Shown here: in pieces, positions 10,638-24,277 of the stretch
How positions within the stretch are numbered: the first letter of the stretch is position 1
How the letters are laid out: every line of letters starts with the position of its first letter
Origin: Pseudogymnoascus verrucosus
Lineage: Eukaryota
NCBI GenBank assembly: GCA_001662655.1
Contig: KV460226.1
DNA: 64,000 nucleotides
Direction: 5' to 3' (one strand)
Made by a program: the position numbers and the translations under genes
Notes under the pieces: model-generated
Seen by the model: the letters and a program-made list of their open reading frames with translations, nothing else
Databases searched by the model: none
What the model was told of the DNA's origin: nothing

Positions 10638-11921
10638 TCACAGCTTACCACCCAGCTCCACATTCGCCGCATCATACTCAAACCCCCACTCCCTCTTATT
10701 CCACCACACCATGAGGAACGCCCACATGAACAACTCCATAGTCTTCTGAAAGAGCCATGAGCGGTTCTTCGCCCCCTCCCACCTTGCCGACGCACGTGTG
10801 TAGTTCTCTGTCACCCTCTCCCGGCGCAGCTCATCATACCGCCTGAAAACCGCTTCCACGGCTGCCCCCTCTTCCTCCGCCTTCCCAACAAGACGCCCCA
10901 GTACGACTGCATCCTCCATCGCGAGAGCAGCGCCTTCTCCGCCAGGGGGACCCTGTATCAGTCAGTCCAGTTCACCGCCGTGCCAATCAGGGCAAAATCT
11001 TACCGCATGTGCTGCATCTCCAACCAAAACCGTCCTCCCCCTCCAATACGTCCCTCCATTAGGCAAGACCCACACTGGGAAAAATGACCATTCCTCCACT
11101 CCCTCAACTACTGCCTTAAACACCGGGTCTCCCCCGCCAAACCTCTCTACTAGCTCTTTCTTTGCCTCTGTCCCCATGGCGCCCTTCCCGCGCCACCCGT
11201 CCCTGTCGGCATCGGGGGCTTTAACCTCCATCACCGCGCCTACAAATACCTTCTCTTTCCTCGGTCCGCAGTAACTTACAATAACACTCCCTCTCATCCC
11301 CGAGGCCACCGCTGTTCCCTCGAAGCCTTCCTTCCCTATCAACCCCTCAGGAGTAGCCGAAAACCCATACGCCGAACTCAGGCCAGAGTACGTCGCCTTC
11401 CTGTCCGGCTCGACATACGCCCCTCGCACAAGGGAGTGTATCCCATCGCACCCAAACAACAACTCACTCTCCACCTCTCCCCCATCTGCAAAAACCGCCG
11501 CGACCCTACCGTCCTCAACCTCACGCACGCCCTCAAGGCGCTTCCCGAACACGACTTGCACGCCCGCCTCATCTAGCGCGCGGATCAGGAGCTCAAGCAG
11601 CAGCGCGCGCTCGATACGTAGGCTGGTGTGCCCAGTCTCCTCGTCGATAAAGGGGAGGGCGCCCAGTTTAGCCCCGCTTCGGAGGGAAAAGATACTTATC
11701 TCCTTTGTCTCGAAGGCGATTTCCTTTGCGGCGGCTAGGAGGCCGAGAGAGTCTAGAATGCGCGAGACGGGTGGAGTAAGGTTGATCGCGCCGCCTAGGG
11801 TAGAGGGAGACGCGCGCAGCTCGTAGATTGTAGGGATGGTGGAGGAGTAGCGATTGAGGGAGAGGGCGAGGAGGGCGCCGGAGAGGCCTAGGCCGATTAC
11901 GGTTGCGCGTTGGGGAGGCAT
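10638..11921 (-). CDS. FAD-dependent monooxygenase (salicylate hydroxylase/UbiH-like, group A)
   Basis: Exons 11921-11004 and 10952-10638. Motifs VIGLGLSG, FGCDGIHSLVR and the spliced LVGDAAHA|GPPGGEGAALAMEDA. Confidence 0.92.
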
Positions 11922-12718
11922 GGGTGGGTTATTAGAGTATTTCGCGGTGAGTTTAATGCGTGAGCTGTGAGTTATTGTAGTTTTGGTTCTCTAGGCTCTT
12001 GAACTGAAATGCCTCTTTTATACATGGCTGCGAAGATTTGAGACCTCGCATTCCCTCGGATTCCCAGCCGTGGCTACGTACTCTCACACGCAGTCTCACC
12101 TGTACCCGTTCCCGCGTCGGGAACAGTCAGCCAACCCTGGGCATATCATTCAGCCACGGCCCGCGCCATTGGAGCCAAATAAGCAAACTTAGCAGGAGGT
12201 TTGCAGTGGTACCGTCACAGCCACGCGGCTGCTGATACGTCGTCGCCGATGGATTGGCCCGTCTGACACTCGGCGTAGTTTGACAGATGTAGCTACTGGA
12301 TCAAGCATTTTCGGCTAATAACAAGCGCTTTAAAGGGTCGATCACGATGACGCCTTCATGGCACATTACTGTCGAGGATTTGCGGGCCAAACTGGTGGGT
12401 GCAGAGGATAATAAGCTTGTTGTTGGATGAGACCAGTTACTACAGGGGTGCAGAATGCGATATTTCTCTACACGACAAAACCAAATTGAAAGGAAGAACT
12501 TCGAGATAGCGAGCTATAAAGTAAATATTATATCGGAAAATTGGTATACCATAGCAATCAAAATACTTCAATTTCAGTATCAATTCGTATCTCCGTATAG
12601 TCCTTTAGACTTCCAGGCATGAGCGAGTACCGCTAAACATAGCACACATATCCCACAACGCCAACCAAAAATCTATACTCCCCCCATCATAGCGCCTCTA
12701 ACACCCCCTTCCAGCCCC

Positions 12719-13739
12719 TCACTGCTTCAACTTCAACCCCAACCACCCCGTCGACAGCTCCCCCATATTCCCCATCGGTCCCCTCCAACTAATATTCAAC
12801 ACGCCCATGAACACCTTCCCGCCCTCCCCAATCTCATCCGGCTCCCCCACCTTCTCCACCACAAAGCAAACCTGCTGAACCCCTCCCCGACCCACCACCG
12901 CTTTCCCCTTCTCCCCCTTCTCGCCATCCCACAGGGACTCTAGACTCCTCGCGCGGAACCAGCTTTTCGTATCTAACCTCACGCCCTCTAGCACTAGCGC
13001 TTCCTCGCCTACATTCTCTAGCTGTGCCTCGAGTGCCCAGCCGCCATCCACAGTCCCGATTTTTGTGCGCACCACCAGCGCCGGGCGCGCGACGAACTGG
13101 TATAACTTCCTGAAGCTGCGGACACGGCCGGACGTCGATGTCGTCTCGGAGTATGACACCGTGACGGCGAGGACGTGTGGTCCCTCCTCGCGGAGGTGGC
13201 AGGTGATTATCCCCTGTAAACTTGCGGCAGGAGCGAGATCGGTAGGCGGCGGTGCAGACTGAGAGAGCGGATCTGAGTCCGGCGATGACGGTGTGGACGC
13301 CGAGGTGAATGAGACAGGGAGGGAAGTTGTAAGGCTGGGTGTTTTCATTTCCGCTTCTATCTTGACGGAGTGCACGCGCGGCGCATCGGATGGGAGTTCA
13401 TTATTCGCGCATAGGGTGCAGGAGAATGTCTCGCCCACGTATGCGTTTCCGAAGGCGGGGGGGAGGGTGAGGAGCGGCGAGAGGGCGAAGGGGGAGGAGG
13501 GCGCGGAGGGGTAGGTGAGGGATGCGGCGCGGGGGATGGTTTGGGCGAGGGTTGAGGATGGGGAGGGGTGGGGGAGGGGGTATTGGATTGCGAGGGAGGG
13601 TCGGGTTAGGCTGGGCGTGGGTTAGATGGGGACTGTTTGGGTGGGGAGGGGGGACGGACCGGAGGACTTTGAGGGAGACGGCGTGGGGTTCTTTGGGCAC
13701 TTCGGTGGTGCTCACGGACTGAGCGCGCTGGTGCGCCAT
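12719..13739 (-). CDS. TRAPPC13: TRAPP complex subunit 13-like (DUF974) protein
   Basis: Exons 13739-13660 and 13610-12719. Motifs HAVSLKVLR|LTRPSL, FGNAYVGETFSCTLCANN, RSFRKLYQF, LEAQLEN and WRGPMGNMGELSTG. Confidence 0.88.
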
Positions 13740-13964
13740 GGTGTTCTGTCTCAACTGTCAAGAGCCATTGGTTTCTGGGGCTTGAGTCGACTTGGAAGCT
13801 GGTCGTAAGCGGATGGGAGCTGTGAGTGGTTCTGCCATGATTCACCGCCTAGGTTCTAATCTTATCAGATCGGATTTGTATGTGTATGGTCCAACGGCCG
13901 CTCTTGGCGATGATAGAAAGAAAATTAACCTCTAAAATATATAAAACTGGATGCGAACGCAACG

Positions 13965-14587
13965 ATGTCCATAGAAGAAGAGCAAGAGGGGAAGGCTGGG
14001 GAAGTGCAACTCATACGCACAGAAGGCCTCGCACTTGTCCTGGACACCCCTAAAGGTACCCATCCCCCCCCCCCCCTTTTTCCACACACGGTGAAAATGA
14101 CAAGATAAACAGGCCGAGGCGTCTTCGCAGGCAGAGACATCCCAGGGGGTACAATTTTAGAAGTCTGCCCAGTTCTAATACTGGACCCTCAGGAGAACGA
14201 AGAGCACGTCCGGAAGACAGATCTTTATAACTACACATAGTAAGCATCTGCCGCACGTGTTTTACCGGCCTGTCATGCCCTGACATATCACGCAGTAACT
14301 GGCCACTCCCCGCAGCTGAGGGCTCCAAAACGCCAAGAAAGACGCAAGCGGTAGTGTTCGGGATTGGGAGCCTCTTTAACCACTCTCAAAGGCGACAGAA
14401 TGTTGGATGGATGCGCGATGTGAGCAAAGGGGTTGTGGTTTATAGGACGCTGCAGGATGTTAGGAAAGGAGATGAGTTATGTATTTCATACGGTGACCGT
14501 CTAACCTTTGTGGATGCGGATGCCAAACAAGTGGATAGCGATGATGAGGACGACAATGCGGCGTTGGCAAGGATAGATTTGGTTTGA
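13965..14587 (+). CDS. Small SET-domain lysine methyltransferase (Set7-like), ~169 aa
   Basis: Exons 13965-14055, 14113-14239 and 14296-14587. Motifs KGRGVFA, ILEVCPVL, YTYNWP, GSLFNHS and GDELCISYG. Confidence 0.88.
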
Positions 14588-15094
14588 TATACGGCGTGCT
14601 TGTTATATTGGGGAGAAATGGATTTTATAACCCAGGCCAGGAGGGTCATTTAAAGAACTGGTTTGTGCGGATTAGATGAAATAGAATATTATCATACCCT
14701 TAAATGTGATCATCGTTTCTTCTACGCTTTTCTCAGCTTATTTTGTTTTTATAAGAAATATATTCCAATAATATCAACACAATAAAATAACATCACTCTT
14801 TAACAGCACTCAGCACGGCATTACATATATCCATGCAGCACAAATCAAGTCAACAACATCTCTATAAACTCGACGATTTATTAACCACCAACATATCAAA
14901 CACTATAATATGCTATAGCCACATCGGCCCTGACCAAAAAACTACATAAAAGCCAGGCAGTATCCCAAACCCACAACAAAACAATCGCAACAACAAAAAA
15001 ACCAAAAAGCGTGAGCCATGAACCATATACCCATTCCTCCTCATACAACCCTAATCATACTCGACTCTTACACCCCGGAGTTCAAACAACCCAT

Positions 15095-17926
15095 CTAACC
15101 ACTGCACATCAGACAGCTCTCCGGGTTCTCAATACTACACGCCAACACAGCATCAGCATAGATATCATTCTCCCTCTCATCGCTATCCGGCTTCTCCTCC
15201 GACTTCGACAAGCTGACATCCTTCAACTCCTCATCTTGCATCGCGCCCGGCTCAGTAGCCAGTGCCTTTGGGCTACCGCCCTCCTCGACATCAGCCTGGA
15301 ACCCGGGGCTCTTCAGCGGGGGGTTGACGGGCTTTCTGGTCTCGGTGGGAGGGGGGGTGATGCTGGGTGTTGGGACGCCGTTGGAGGTGAGGCTGTTGGT
15401 TGGGGGGGTGGAGTTCTGCTTCATGTACATTGGACGAGGTCCAGATGCCTGGGAGGGGGCGATGTATGACTTCGCGAGGGGTTTGCGCGAGGAGGTGCGC
15501 TCTCTCGCGACGTTGGTGTCAGCGACGAGGAGGGCCTCCTGATCGACGGTGAATTGGATAGGGGCCGATGCGGCCATGGTGCGGAGGTAGTACATTCCGG
15601 TCTTGAGGCCGAGCTTCCAGCCGGCAAAGTGCATGGATGTGATCTTGCCCATTGTCGGGTCCTTCATGTGGATGTTGAGGGACTGGGATTGATCGATGAA
15701 GGCACCGCGGTCGGCGGCCATCTGGACGATGGTGCGCTGGGAGATCTCCCAGACGGTCTTGTAGAGGGCCTTGATGTCGGCGGGGATGTTGGGGATGTTC
15801 TGGATGGAGCCGCCGTCTGCAATGATGCGGTTCTTCATGTTGTCGGACCAGAGACCCATGTCGACGAGGTCCTTGAGCAACCAGGGGTTGACGACTTGGA
15901 ACTCGCCGGCCAGGACACGGCGCGAGTAGATGTTCGAGGTGTATGGCTCGAAGCACTCGTTGAAGCCGAGGATCTGGGAGGTGGAGGCAGTGGGCATGGG
16001 TGCGACGAGCAGGGAGTTGCGGACACCGTGCTGCTTGATCTGGGCCTTGAGAGAGTCCCAGTCCCACAGGTCGGTAGGAGTAACGCCCCACATGTCGTAT
16101 TGGAGCTCACCCTTGGACACTGGGGATCCCTCGTAGGTCTCGTATGTGCCGTGAATCTGGGCCAGCTCCACGGAGGCAGTTAAGGCACCGTGGTAGATGG
16201 TCTCAAAGATCTGGGAGTTGAGGAACTTGGCCTCGGGAGAATCGAAGGGAAGGCGGAGAGCCAGGAATGCATCAGCAAGACCCTGGACACCAACGGCAAC
16301 TGGCCTGTGACGGAAATTGCTGCGTCTGGCCTCCGGGACGGGGTAGTAGTTGACGTCAATGATCTTGTTCAAGTTCTTGACAACAACCTGTGTGACCTCG
16401 TGAAGCTTCTGGAAGTCGTATGTGCCGTTGGCCATGTCAACATATGTCGGCAGGGCAAGGGATGCCAAGTTACACACGGCAACCTCATCTGGGGCAGAGT
16501 ACTCGACAATCTCTGTGCACAGGTTGGAGCTGCGGATGGTACCGAGGTTCTTCTGGTTGCTCTTGCGGTTGCAGGCATCCTTGTACAACATGAAAGGGTT
16601 TCCTGTCTCAGTCTGAGACTCGAGAATGGAGTACCAAAGCTTCTGGGCCTTGATAGTCTTGCGACCCTTACCCTCCTTCTCGTAGCCCTCGTAGAGCGCC
16701 TCGAACTCATCGCCGTAAACATCTGCCAATCCAGGGCATTCGTTGGGGCACATGAGGGTCCAGTCGCCGTTCTTCTCGACACGCTTCATGAAGAGATCCG
16801 GAATCCAGAGAGCGTAGAACAAGTCACGGGCACGGACTTCCTCCTTGCCGTGGTTCTTTCTCAAGTCCAGGAACTCAAAGACATCCGCGTGCCATGGCTC
16901 AACGTAGATGGCGAAAGCACCAGGGCGCTTGTTGCCACCTTGGTCAACGTACCTTGCGGTGTTGTTGAACACGCGGAGCATAGGGACAATGCCGTTCGAG
17001 TTTCCGTTGGTACCGGCAATGTATGCACCAGTGGCACGGATACGGTGGATATTCAATCCGATACCTCCAGCAGTCTTTGAGATCATGGCACAAGTCTTGA
17101 GTGTGTCATAGATACCCTCAATGCTATCCTCCTTCATGTCGACCAAGAAGCAGGACGACAGCTGGGCCTGTGGTGTACCAGCATTGAAGAGTGTTGGGGA
17201 AGCGTGTGTGAAGTATTTGGAAGACATGAGGTTGTATGTCTCGATTGTCTTCTCAATATCCTCACCGTGAATGCCCACCGCAACACGCATAATCATGTGC
17301 TGTGGCCTCTCAGCAACCTTGCCATCAAGGCGGAGAAGGTAGGATCGCTCCAGGGTCTTGAAGCCGAAGTATTGGTAGTTGAAATCACGGTCGTAGAGGA
17401 CGGCAGAGTTGAGCTCCTCCGCGTGCTCCATAACGATGTCATATGTCTTCTTTGCAATCATGGGCGATGGCTTCGAGTTCTTGGGGTTGACGTAGTGGTA
17501 CAGGTCGTGGATGACGGACGAGAATTGCTTCTTCGTCTGCTTGTGAAGGTTGGACACTGCAATACGTGCAGCGAGGATGGCGTAGTCTGGGTGGGTGACG
17601 GTCATGTAGGCCGCAGTCTCGGCAGCCTGTGACGTCTGTTAGCAATTGAACAAGTCTACAGGAAGTGGACTCTCATAAAAGAGGCTATACATACCAAGTT
17701 ATCGAGCTCAATGGTGGTCACACCCTGGTACACACCAGAGATGACCTTTTGTGTGATGGCAGCGGCGTCGACATGCTCAGCATCTAATCCGTAACACAGC
17801 CTCGAGACACGAGCTGTGATCTTGTCGAACTGGACACGCTCCTTGTTCCCATCTGCAAGTCTCGTTAGAGGGTGTAGCTGCAGGGTGTGGAGTCTGCATG
17901 AACTTACTGCGCTTATACACGAACAT
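15095..17926 (-). CDS. RNR1: Ribonucleoside-diphosphate reductase large subunit, ~902 aa
   Basis: Exons 17926-17908, 17852-17695 and 17626-15095. ATP cone [19 protein letters not shown], motifs SNLCTEI and [11 protein letters not shown]-terminal CLMCSG. Confidence 0.98.
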
Positions 17927-18143
17927 GGTGACGAAAGCGACTCGACGTCACTGGAGGAGAGAACTTGTATAGTTATATGAGGGTAAAAGAAGGCGTAGAC
18001 AACAATGGGGATGTCTTGACAGCCTTTATTTAAGAGTGAGGGAGGGGAAGAGGAGTTGAGGTGGAAGATGAGGAGAGTTGAGGATGTTGATTGATGTGGG
18101 AAAGAGAAGAGTGGGCAAAGCAGAGTTGGGGTTCAAGTACTTT

Positions 18144-18324
18144 ACGCGTTCATTGATAATCCGACGCGACTTGCCGACATTTTAGCTCTAGCGCGACAAA
18201 CATTGTGGTAGGCAGAACAACGCGACAAGTGGCGAGTCACGTGATTATCTATTTTTTGGTGTAGATGAACAGCTTCATTTCCATGACAACGGATGGAAGG
18301 ATTGAAAATGAGTCATGTACGCGT
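18144..18324. promoter_or_regulatory. MCB-like (ACGCGT/ACGCGA) cluster upstream of RNR1
   Basis: ACGCGT at 18144 and 18319, ACGCGA at 18164 and 18220, CGCGAC at 18192. RNR1 is a canonical MBF target in yeasts. Confidence 0.75.
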
Positions 18325-19229
18325 GAGATGATGTGGAAACGCTCTTGAAAATAATATCCAGGGGGTCAACTTGGAGTTGATTTGTAAAGGACCGAATGCT
18401 AGCTCCCGGAGAATGGATATGCCACAAACACATGCAAATCCAATTCAAATACTCAAGGCCCATGTCTTTAGAACAAAGTAAATTATAATACATAGTACGA
18501 GAAGCCATTAAATAAATGACTGGAAAGGGATTGCAAATTATATCCCAAGTAGTGTGATGTAGAATTCCCCAGCTCCCCTAAGTGCCCAGGACCTCCGATA
18601 TATCACTCTATACTTGCTACCCCTCAATCCAACCAACCCCGTAGTCTAATGGGTAAGACATGCACACCTAAATAACTGAACCGATCTTGGTAATTAGTTC
18701 CAGCTTGTGGTTGAGGACCTATGGAAGACTATAGTATAAACCTGGATCGAGTTGATTGTGTTGGCCTTTGCGAGATCATATTTCGTAGAGGGTGTCCATT
18801 TATCTCGAGGGGGCTTCATTGCCTAAACCCTTGACTGAAAAGGGGGACGTTTCTCATTTATACCATGCCTAGCCAACAGAATCTCGAGAATCCCTTCGCC
18901 GACTGTAGTGGAGAGTACAGCAGTGAAGCAGAAGAAGAAAAGAGGAAATCCCCGCTATAATCAATGTTAACACCACCCACACCAAGCATCAACAGCACGA
19001 GCACGCCCCCCACCACAAATCACCACACACACACCACACACAGGCAAACCCTCACAGTGAGGAAAGAGATCTTCAAATAAACTACGGCCTATTGCTATTA
19101 CACCATGGAAAATGCGAATCGGTCCGGGACACATTGACCATCATTCACCCGACAGACAGCTCGAAATGTTTCAGACCAACCAACGAGACAGAAACACGGG
19201 TAAGAAGCAGTCAGACCGGCACCACCACC

Positions 19230-19462
19230 ACCACCAACCACCACCAAACGACAACAACAACAGCAGGGCAAGCCACACACACACAGAGAGACCACACACG
19301 CACCACACACATACACAAAACGCAGTGACGCCGCAGAGAGAAGTAGCCCGTCGCCCACCCAGCGCACTCAAATTGCAAGAGAAGAAGAAACGGGGCAACC
19401 ATGCGTGCGAGAGGCTCCAGACACAAAATAGCGCGGAGAGAGAGAGAGAGATAGATAGAAGA
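19230..19462. repeat. Microsatellite-rich tract ((CA)n, (AAC)n, (AG)n, (ACC)n) in the probable long RHO1 3'UTR
   Basis: Simple repeats are directly visible downstream of the RHO1 stop. Confidence 0.7.
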
Positions 19463-19829
19463 GAGTGCTCGCCTGCACGCCGGACCAACGCCAATCCCCT
19501 TCATCCAGCCCAGAGACGAAAAAGGGGGAGGGGTAGAACAACCCTGATGTGATGGCAATGATCCGAGCCCGCAGCAAAACACGGTAGGAGTAGTTAAAAG
19601 GCATGCATGCTCTCAACCTCTTATTCTTTCCGAAAACGGGGGGGTTCTGAAGGAGGAGGTTCCATTAACATCAACCGATCTTGAGCGTGGGGGAACGACG
19701 GGGCGTAGACGCAGGCAGTCCTTTTTCGTACTTTCAGCCAACAACAACAACAACCATCTCACTGACTTGAGACCGGACGAAGCAAAAAAAATTGAGGTTG
19801 ATTTGCATAGAGAGTTGGTATCGATATGT

Positions 19830-20835
19830 CTACAGGATGAGGCACTTGTGGCTCTTCTTGCCTCCCTTCTTGGAGAGAAGAGCGGCACGGGTTGCGTGCT
19901 CAAAGACCTCGCGAACACCCTCGTTGGTCTTTGCGGAACACTCGAGATACTTGTAGGCACCAATCTTCTTCCTGACCTCCTCTCCCTATTTCACGATATG
20001 TTAGCAATCGGGGACAAATACGGTTGTGAACAACTGGGGGATGTCGCTCCGAAAGGAATCCTTATCGTACCTGCTCTGGTGTAACTGGCTTCTGGCTGGT
20101 CTTGTGAAGCTCCTCGATGGTCTTCTGGTCGTAACGAAGATCCTTCTTACATCCGACGAGGATGATTGGGAGCCCTTGGCAGAAATGCAGCACTTCGGAG
20201 ATCCACTGTGATGGTAAAAAAAAGTTAGCCAAGCCCTTGCCAGCCTGCGCACGAGGCGCAATCTCCCACGAAGGGGGGGCTACAGTACCTTCTCCTGGAC
20301 GTTGTCGAGCGAGTCGGGGGAGTCGACGGCGAAGCAGATGAGGATTACGTGGGAATCGGGGTAGGAGAGCGGGCGGAGACGGTCGTAATCCTCCTGGCCA
20401 GCCGTATCCCAAAGAGCCAGCTCGACGTGCTTTCCATCGACCTCAACATCGGCCACATAGTTCTCGAAGACGGTTGGGACGTAGACCTATCAAGCCACAT
20501 TATCTCGTTAGCCGGTATTCCTCGTATGTGACAGATCTTGCCGCTGTGCATTTGTAGTCGTTCTGTTCGTGTCTGCGATAGCGACGAGTCGATGATGGGT
20601 CGGGTTGTGCGATGGGTGACTGGGGGGGTGAGTGTGGAGGCTTACCTCTGGGAAAGTGCCCTTGGAGAAAACACTTGAGATAACATCAGCATCAGCGTAG
20701 ATGGAAGGATGAGCCGCAGAATAGACGGGCTCATCGAGGCAGCAGCGATGGGGTTTGGGTTACTTACATCAACAGACAAGTCTTACCACAAGCACCGTCA
20801 CCGACGATGACGAGCTTCCGACGGATCTCCGCCAT
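19830..20835 (-). CDS. RHO1: Rho1/RhoA GTPase, 194 aa
   Basis: Exons 20835-20768, 20673-20646, 20486-20289, 20205-20071 and 19985-19830. Motifs [40 protein letters not shown]; CaaX box CLIL. Confidence 0.98.
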
Positions 20836-23086
20836 ACTGTCGGGGGTGAAGTTGGTTTGTGGAAGGGGAGGGAAGATAGAGTGATGTAAGGGTGAGATGA
20901 GGATCTCAGCCTGAAGAGCTCTTAGTTGGTAGGTGAGGGTGTTGTGGAGGTAGAATTCGTGAGGTTCGGAGGTGGTTTGATGTGGTTTGATGGGTTGAGA
21001 TTGTAGTTGTGGTTGTGAGAGATCAGAGGGTTTTGGGATGGATGCGAGGTTGCGAGATCGATTGTCTGCTCGCCTTTGCTGCTCTTAGCAGCTTAGCCGT
21101 GTTTGGACGGGGTTGGACGGTTGGGTGGTAGGTGGGTTAGGTGGGAGTGGGAAGGGTAGCAGAGCAGGCAGGCGGGCGCAGGCGCAGGGCGGAGGGGATG
21201 AGGGAGTGTGGTAGGGTGGTAGGGTGGGAGGTGGGAGGTGCAAAGAAGTAAATTAGTCTGGGATGGGGGGTATTAGTGACATGATCTCTCTAACATTTGC
21301 CCGCTATTTTACTATGCATGGAACTATATTCTACAAGTACCAGGTACAAGGATCTCCGCAGTCTGGTGCGCAGGGACTGGCAGACAGACACAAGTACCCA
21401 AGGCATACAAGCACATACAAACTACATTACAGTAGAGCGAAGATGAAAGGCCGCGTGGAGAGATAAACAGGAGAGATATACAGGAGATATACAGGAGAGA
21501 GGGGATCACGAGTTTCTCTATCTGGTAATATGCTTTGCCTCTGCTTTGCCCTTACTTAGCATTTGATGATTATAGTACGAATGAAGCATAAGAGTATGGA
21601 TATATCATATATCTTGTCGTGTATCTGTTGCAGTATACCTGTGTAATGTACTCGTCCATCACAAGAGATATCTCTTTATACTATACTGCTGATACTCTTA
21701 CTCTTGCACCTCTCCTATTCTCCTATAGATTTAGACATCTACTACAAGACAAGACTGGCATCACGGTAGTATGGTATGGTAGTATCCAGTATGAGTATAC
21801 ACTATGACTACTCTCTACGCTTCCCTACTTCTACACCCTCCGTACTACTCACACCTCCAGGGCATGTGCATACGAGGCTCTATAAAGTATCCCCTGCTCC
21901 CCTATCGATCTTCTATATCGTCTGTCTCTGTCTCCTACTCGATGCCTCTTCATCGTCAGCTCCTAGTGTGTGGATGGATAGCCTCATAAAATCCTGTTAT
22001 ACACTGACTGCCTACTCGTCGTATCTTGCCGGCCGATCAGCATCTTCATTATAATCAACTCCCTCCCTCATCCCTCGTCACGTTATCCGTCGTCATCATC
22101 GTTCCCATCACAATCACGGGCTCGCCGTTTGAATTCCAGGTTCAAGTTTCCACAAAGGGGGCTGTACAATCCCGTACCGCGAAAGGTAACTCGTGCACCG
22201 TACAAAGTACCCGTACCGAACATCGACTTGTACGGCACTTGTTTTCCAGTTCCCCAGACGCTTCATAACTTTCTTTAAGGGGTTCACACTTACACACCTC
22301 AGCCGTCAGCCGAAACACCAAAATGCGCTCTCCTCGAGGGCCCCCGTAACGTCTGGAATCCCTATAAATAACTATAAATAACCGTCTGTTACATTCATCG
22401 GCGTTCTCCATCACCGGCCCGTATATAATCTCAACACTCCAGCTGTTTCCGAGTCGGTCGTGTGTTCGCTCTCTTTATGTCTATATGGGGGAAGGAGCAA
22501 TCCGGGGGATTTCCCATCCATGTCCCGGAGATGTACCAGCTACATAACTTCCACGAAAATGCCACACAAAAGCCTCGCCAACCGTAATATACGGCTGCAT
22601 ATAACTGTCCCAAGGCAATCGCAGGCATATCTGGGTTTCTTCAGCTGAACAAGGGCACCATGCTCCCAAACATCCACGACCACATCACTCCAGACGCAAC
22701 AAGCGCGATGGGCGGTAACACAAGAATCCAACTATCCAACTCAAACCAACAAGCTGACGCGGCTAATCCCTCTTAATCCCCTCAATTAATGCCACAATCC
22801 CTAATAATCTCATCGCACGTGACCTAGCCTTATCTTAAAGCCACAAGGAGGCCCCATATGAAGAGATCCCACGCTAGTCCCCTTAGCAGCCTTATATTAT
22901 AGCCTTGAAATTCAGGCCACCTCAACCCAAACAACCCGAACCACCTCTCCCAAATGCCACTAGTTCCAATCCACACTAGCCTCCAATCTCAATTCGAAGC
23001 TCCCGACTCAAAATTATAACGACAGCCTCCCCAACCAGGCCTCCCTCCCACGCCGGCCACCACACGCACGTCACCACTCACCAACC

Positions 23087-24277
23087 ATGCAGTCCGTGAT
23101 CCGCCGCACCCTCCTCGCCGAGAGGCAAGCCGCGCGGCGTCTCGTGAAGCGCCGCACGAAGAACCACCACGAGGAGATGAAGACGCGGCGGGAGCACGAG
23201 CGCTTCGCGCAGAAGCAGGTTACGGGGGATATCAAGAATGCCCGTTCCGCGCGACGTGAGGATTACGACTTGGGTCCCCTGGCGCCGAGGCGTGATGTAG
23301 GGTTGAAGAAGGAGACGTATGGGACGATTCAGACGAATCGGTTGAATGGGCCGAAGTTGACGATGGAGGAGCGGTTGGCGGTTAATCCGTCCGGGGGGAG
23401 GTTTGCGAATATTGTGGCGGGGGATAGGGTGGTGGTGTTGGAGGGGAAGGATAAGGGGAGGATTGGGAAGGTGCAGAGTTTTGATAGGGAGAAGCAGCAG
23501 ATTACTGTTGAGGGGATGAATATGGTATGTCTCTCTCTTTCCGAATCTCTCCTAAAAAAAGAAGACCCAGGGCACTGCGGTTTCGACAGGACAGCACACC
23601 CTCTCAAGACAGAAGACTAACACGTGCCATCCTAGGTCGACGTCGCAATCCCCAAATGGATGATGTCCGCCCCCGAATCCGACCAGCGCCCCGTCCGCAG
23701 CGTCGAGAAGCCCCTCTCCATCGCCTCCGTCAAACTCGTCGTCCCCCTCCCCGACCCCGAGACAGGAAACGTCCGCGACGTCATCGTCCGCGACATCGTC
23801 AACAGCAAGATCTACTTCAACAAATCCGGGGGCGCGAATTTCTACCGCATGATCGCCGGGCTGAACACCGTTATTCCCTGGCCCAAGACGGCGCCGAAGG
23901 AACACCCTGATCATGACGTCGATACGATGCGTATTGATGTTGAGACGAAGACGTTCCTGCCGACGCTGCTGAAGCCGCCGATGCCGGATAGTGTGATTGA
24001 TGAGCTGAGGAACAAGTTCTCCATCTTCCGTACCCGTCACGAGGACGCGTATCTCGAGGCGAAGGAGGCGGAGGAGGCGGCGAAGGAGGAGAGGAAGGCG
24101 AGTATTAAGTTGATGAGGACGCCGCTGAATGAGGTCAATAAGCGCGAGAGGACGAAGCGTAAGGCGCTTGGGAAGGGGGAGTTGACGGAGGAGATGTTGG
24201 CAGGGATTGGGGCGGTGATTGCGAGGAAGAGGGGGGTGGCGTTGGAGGCGGCGGGGTTGGAGGCTGCGACGTTCTAG
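23087..24277 (+). CDS. MRPL40: Mitochondrial ribosomal protein uL24m (KOW motif)
   Basis: Exons 23087-23524 and 23636-24277. Motifs LGPLAPRRDVG, KOW GDRVVVLEGKDKGRIGKV and VIDELRNKFSIFRTRH. Confidence 0.9.

Noticed and set aside
2281..11921. Secondary-metabolite or RiPP gene cluster
   Set aside because: No PKS, NRPS or terpene synthase, no DUF3328 (HxxHC) oxidase, and the peptide has no Kex2-separated core repeats.
15554..17632. Long plus-strand ORFs antisense to RNR1 (similar ones occur opposite MPP10, ELP1, MRPL40 and ALG14)
   Set aside because: Shadow ORFs caused by codon bias of the real gene; no independent motifs.
18950..19620. Overlapping ORFs rich in H/T/C/V
   Set aside because: Translations of microsatellites in the probable RHO1 3'UTR.
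21263..22731. Many 60-90 aa ORFs between RHO1 and MRPL40
   Set aside because: No coding-like composition or coherent splice model; likely an extended regulatory region.
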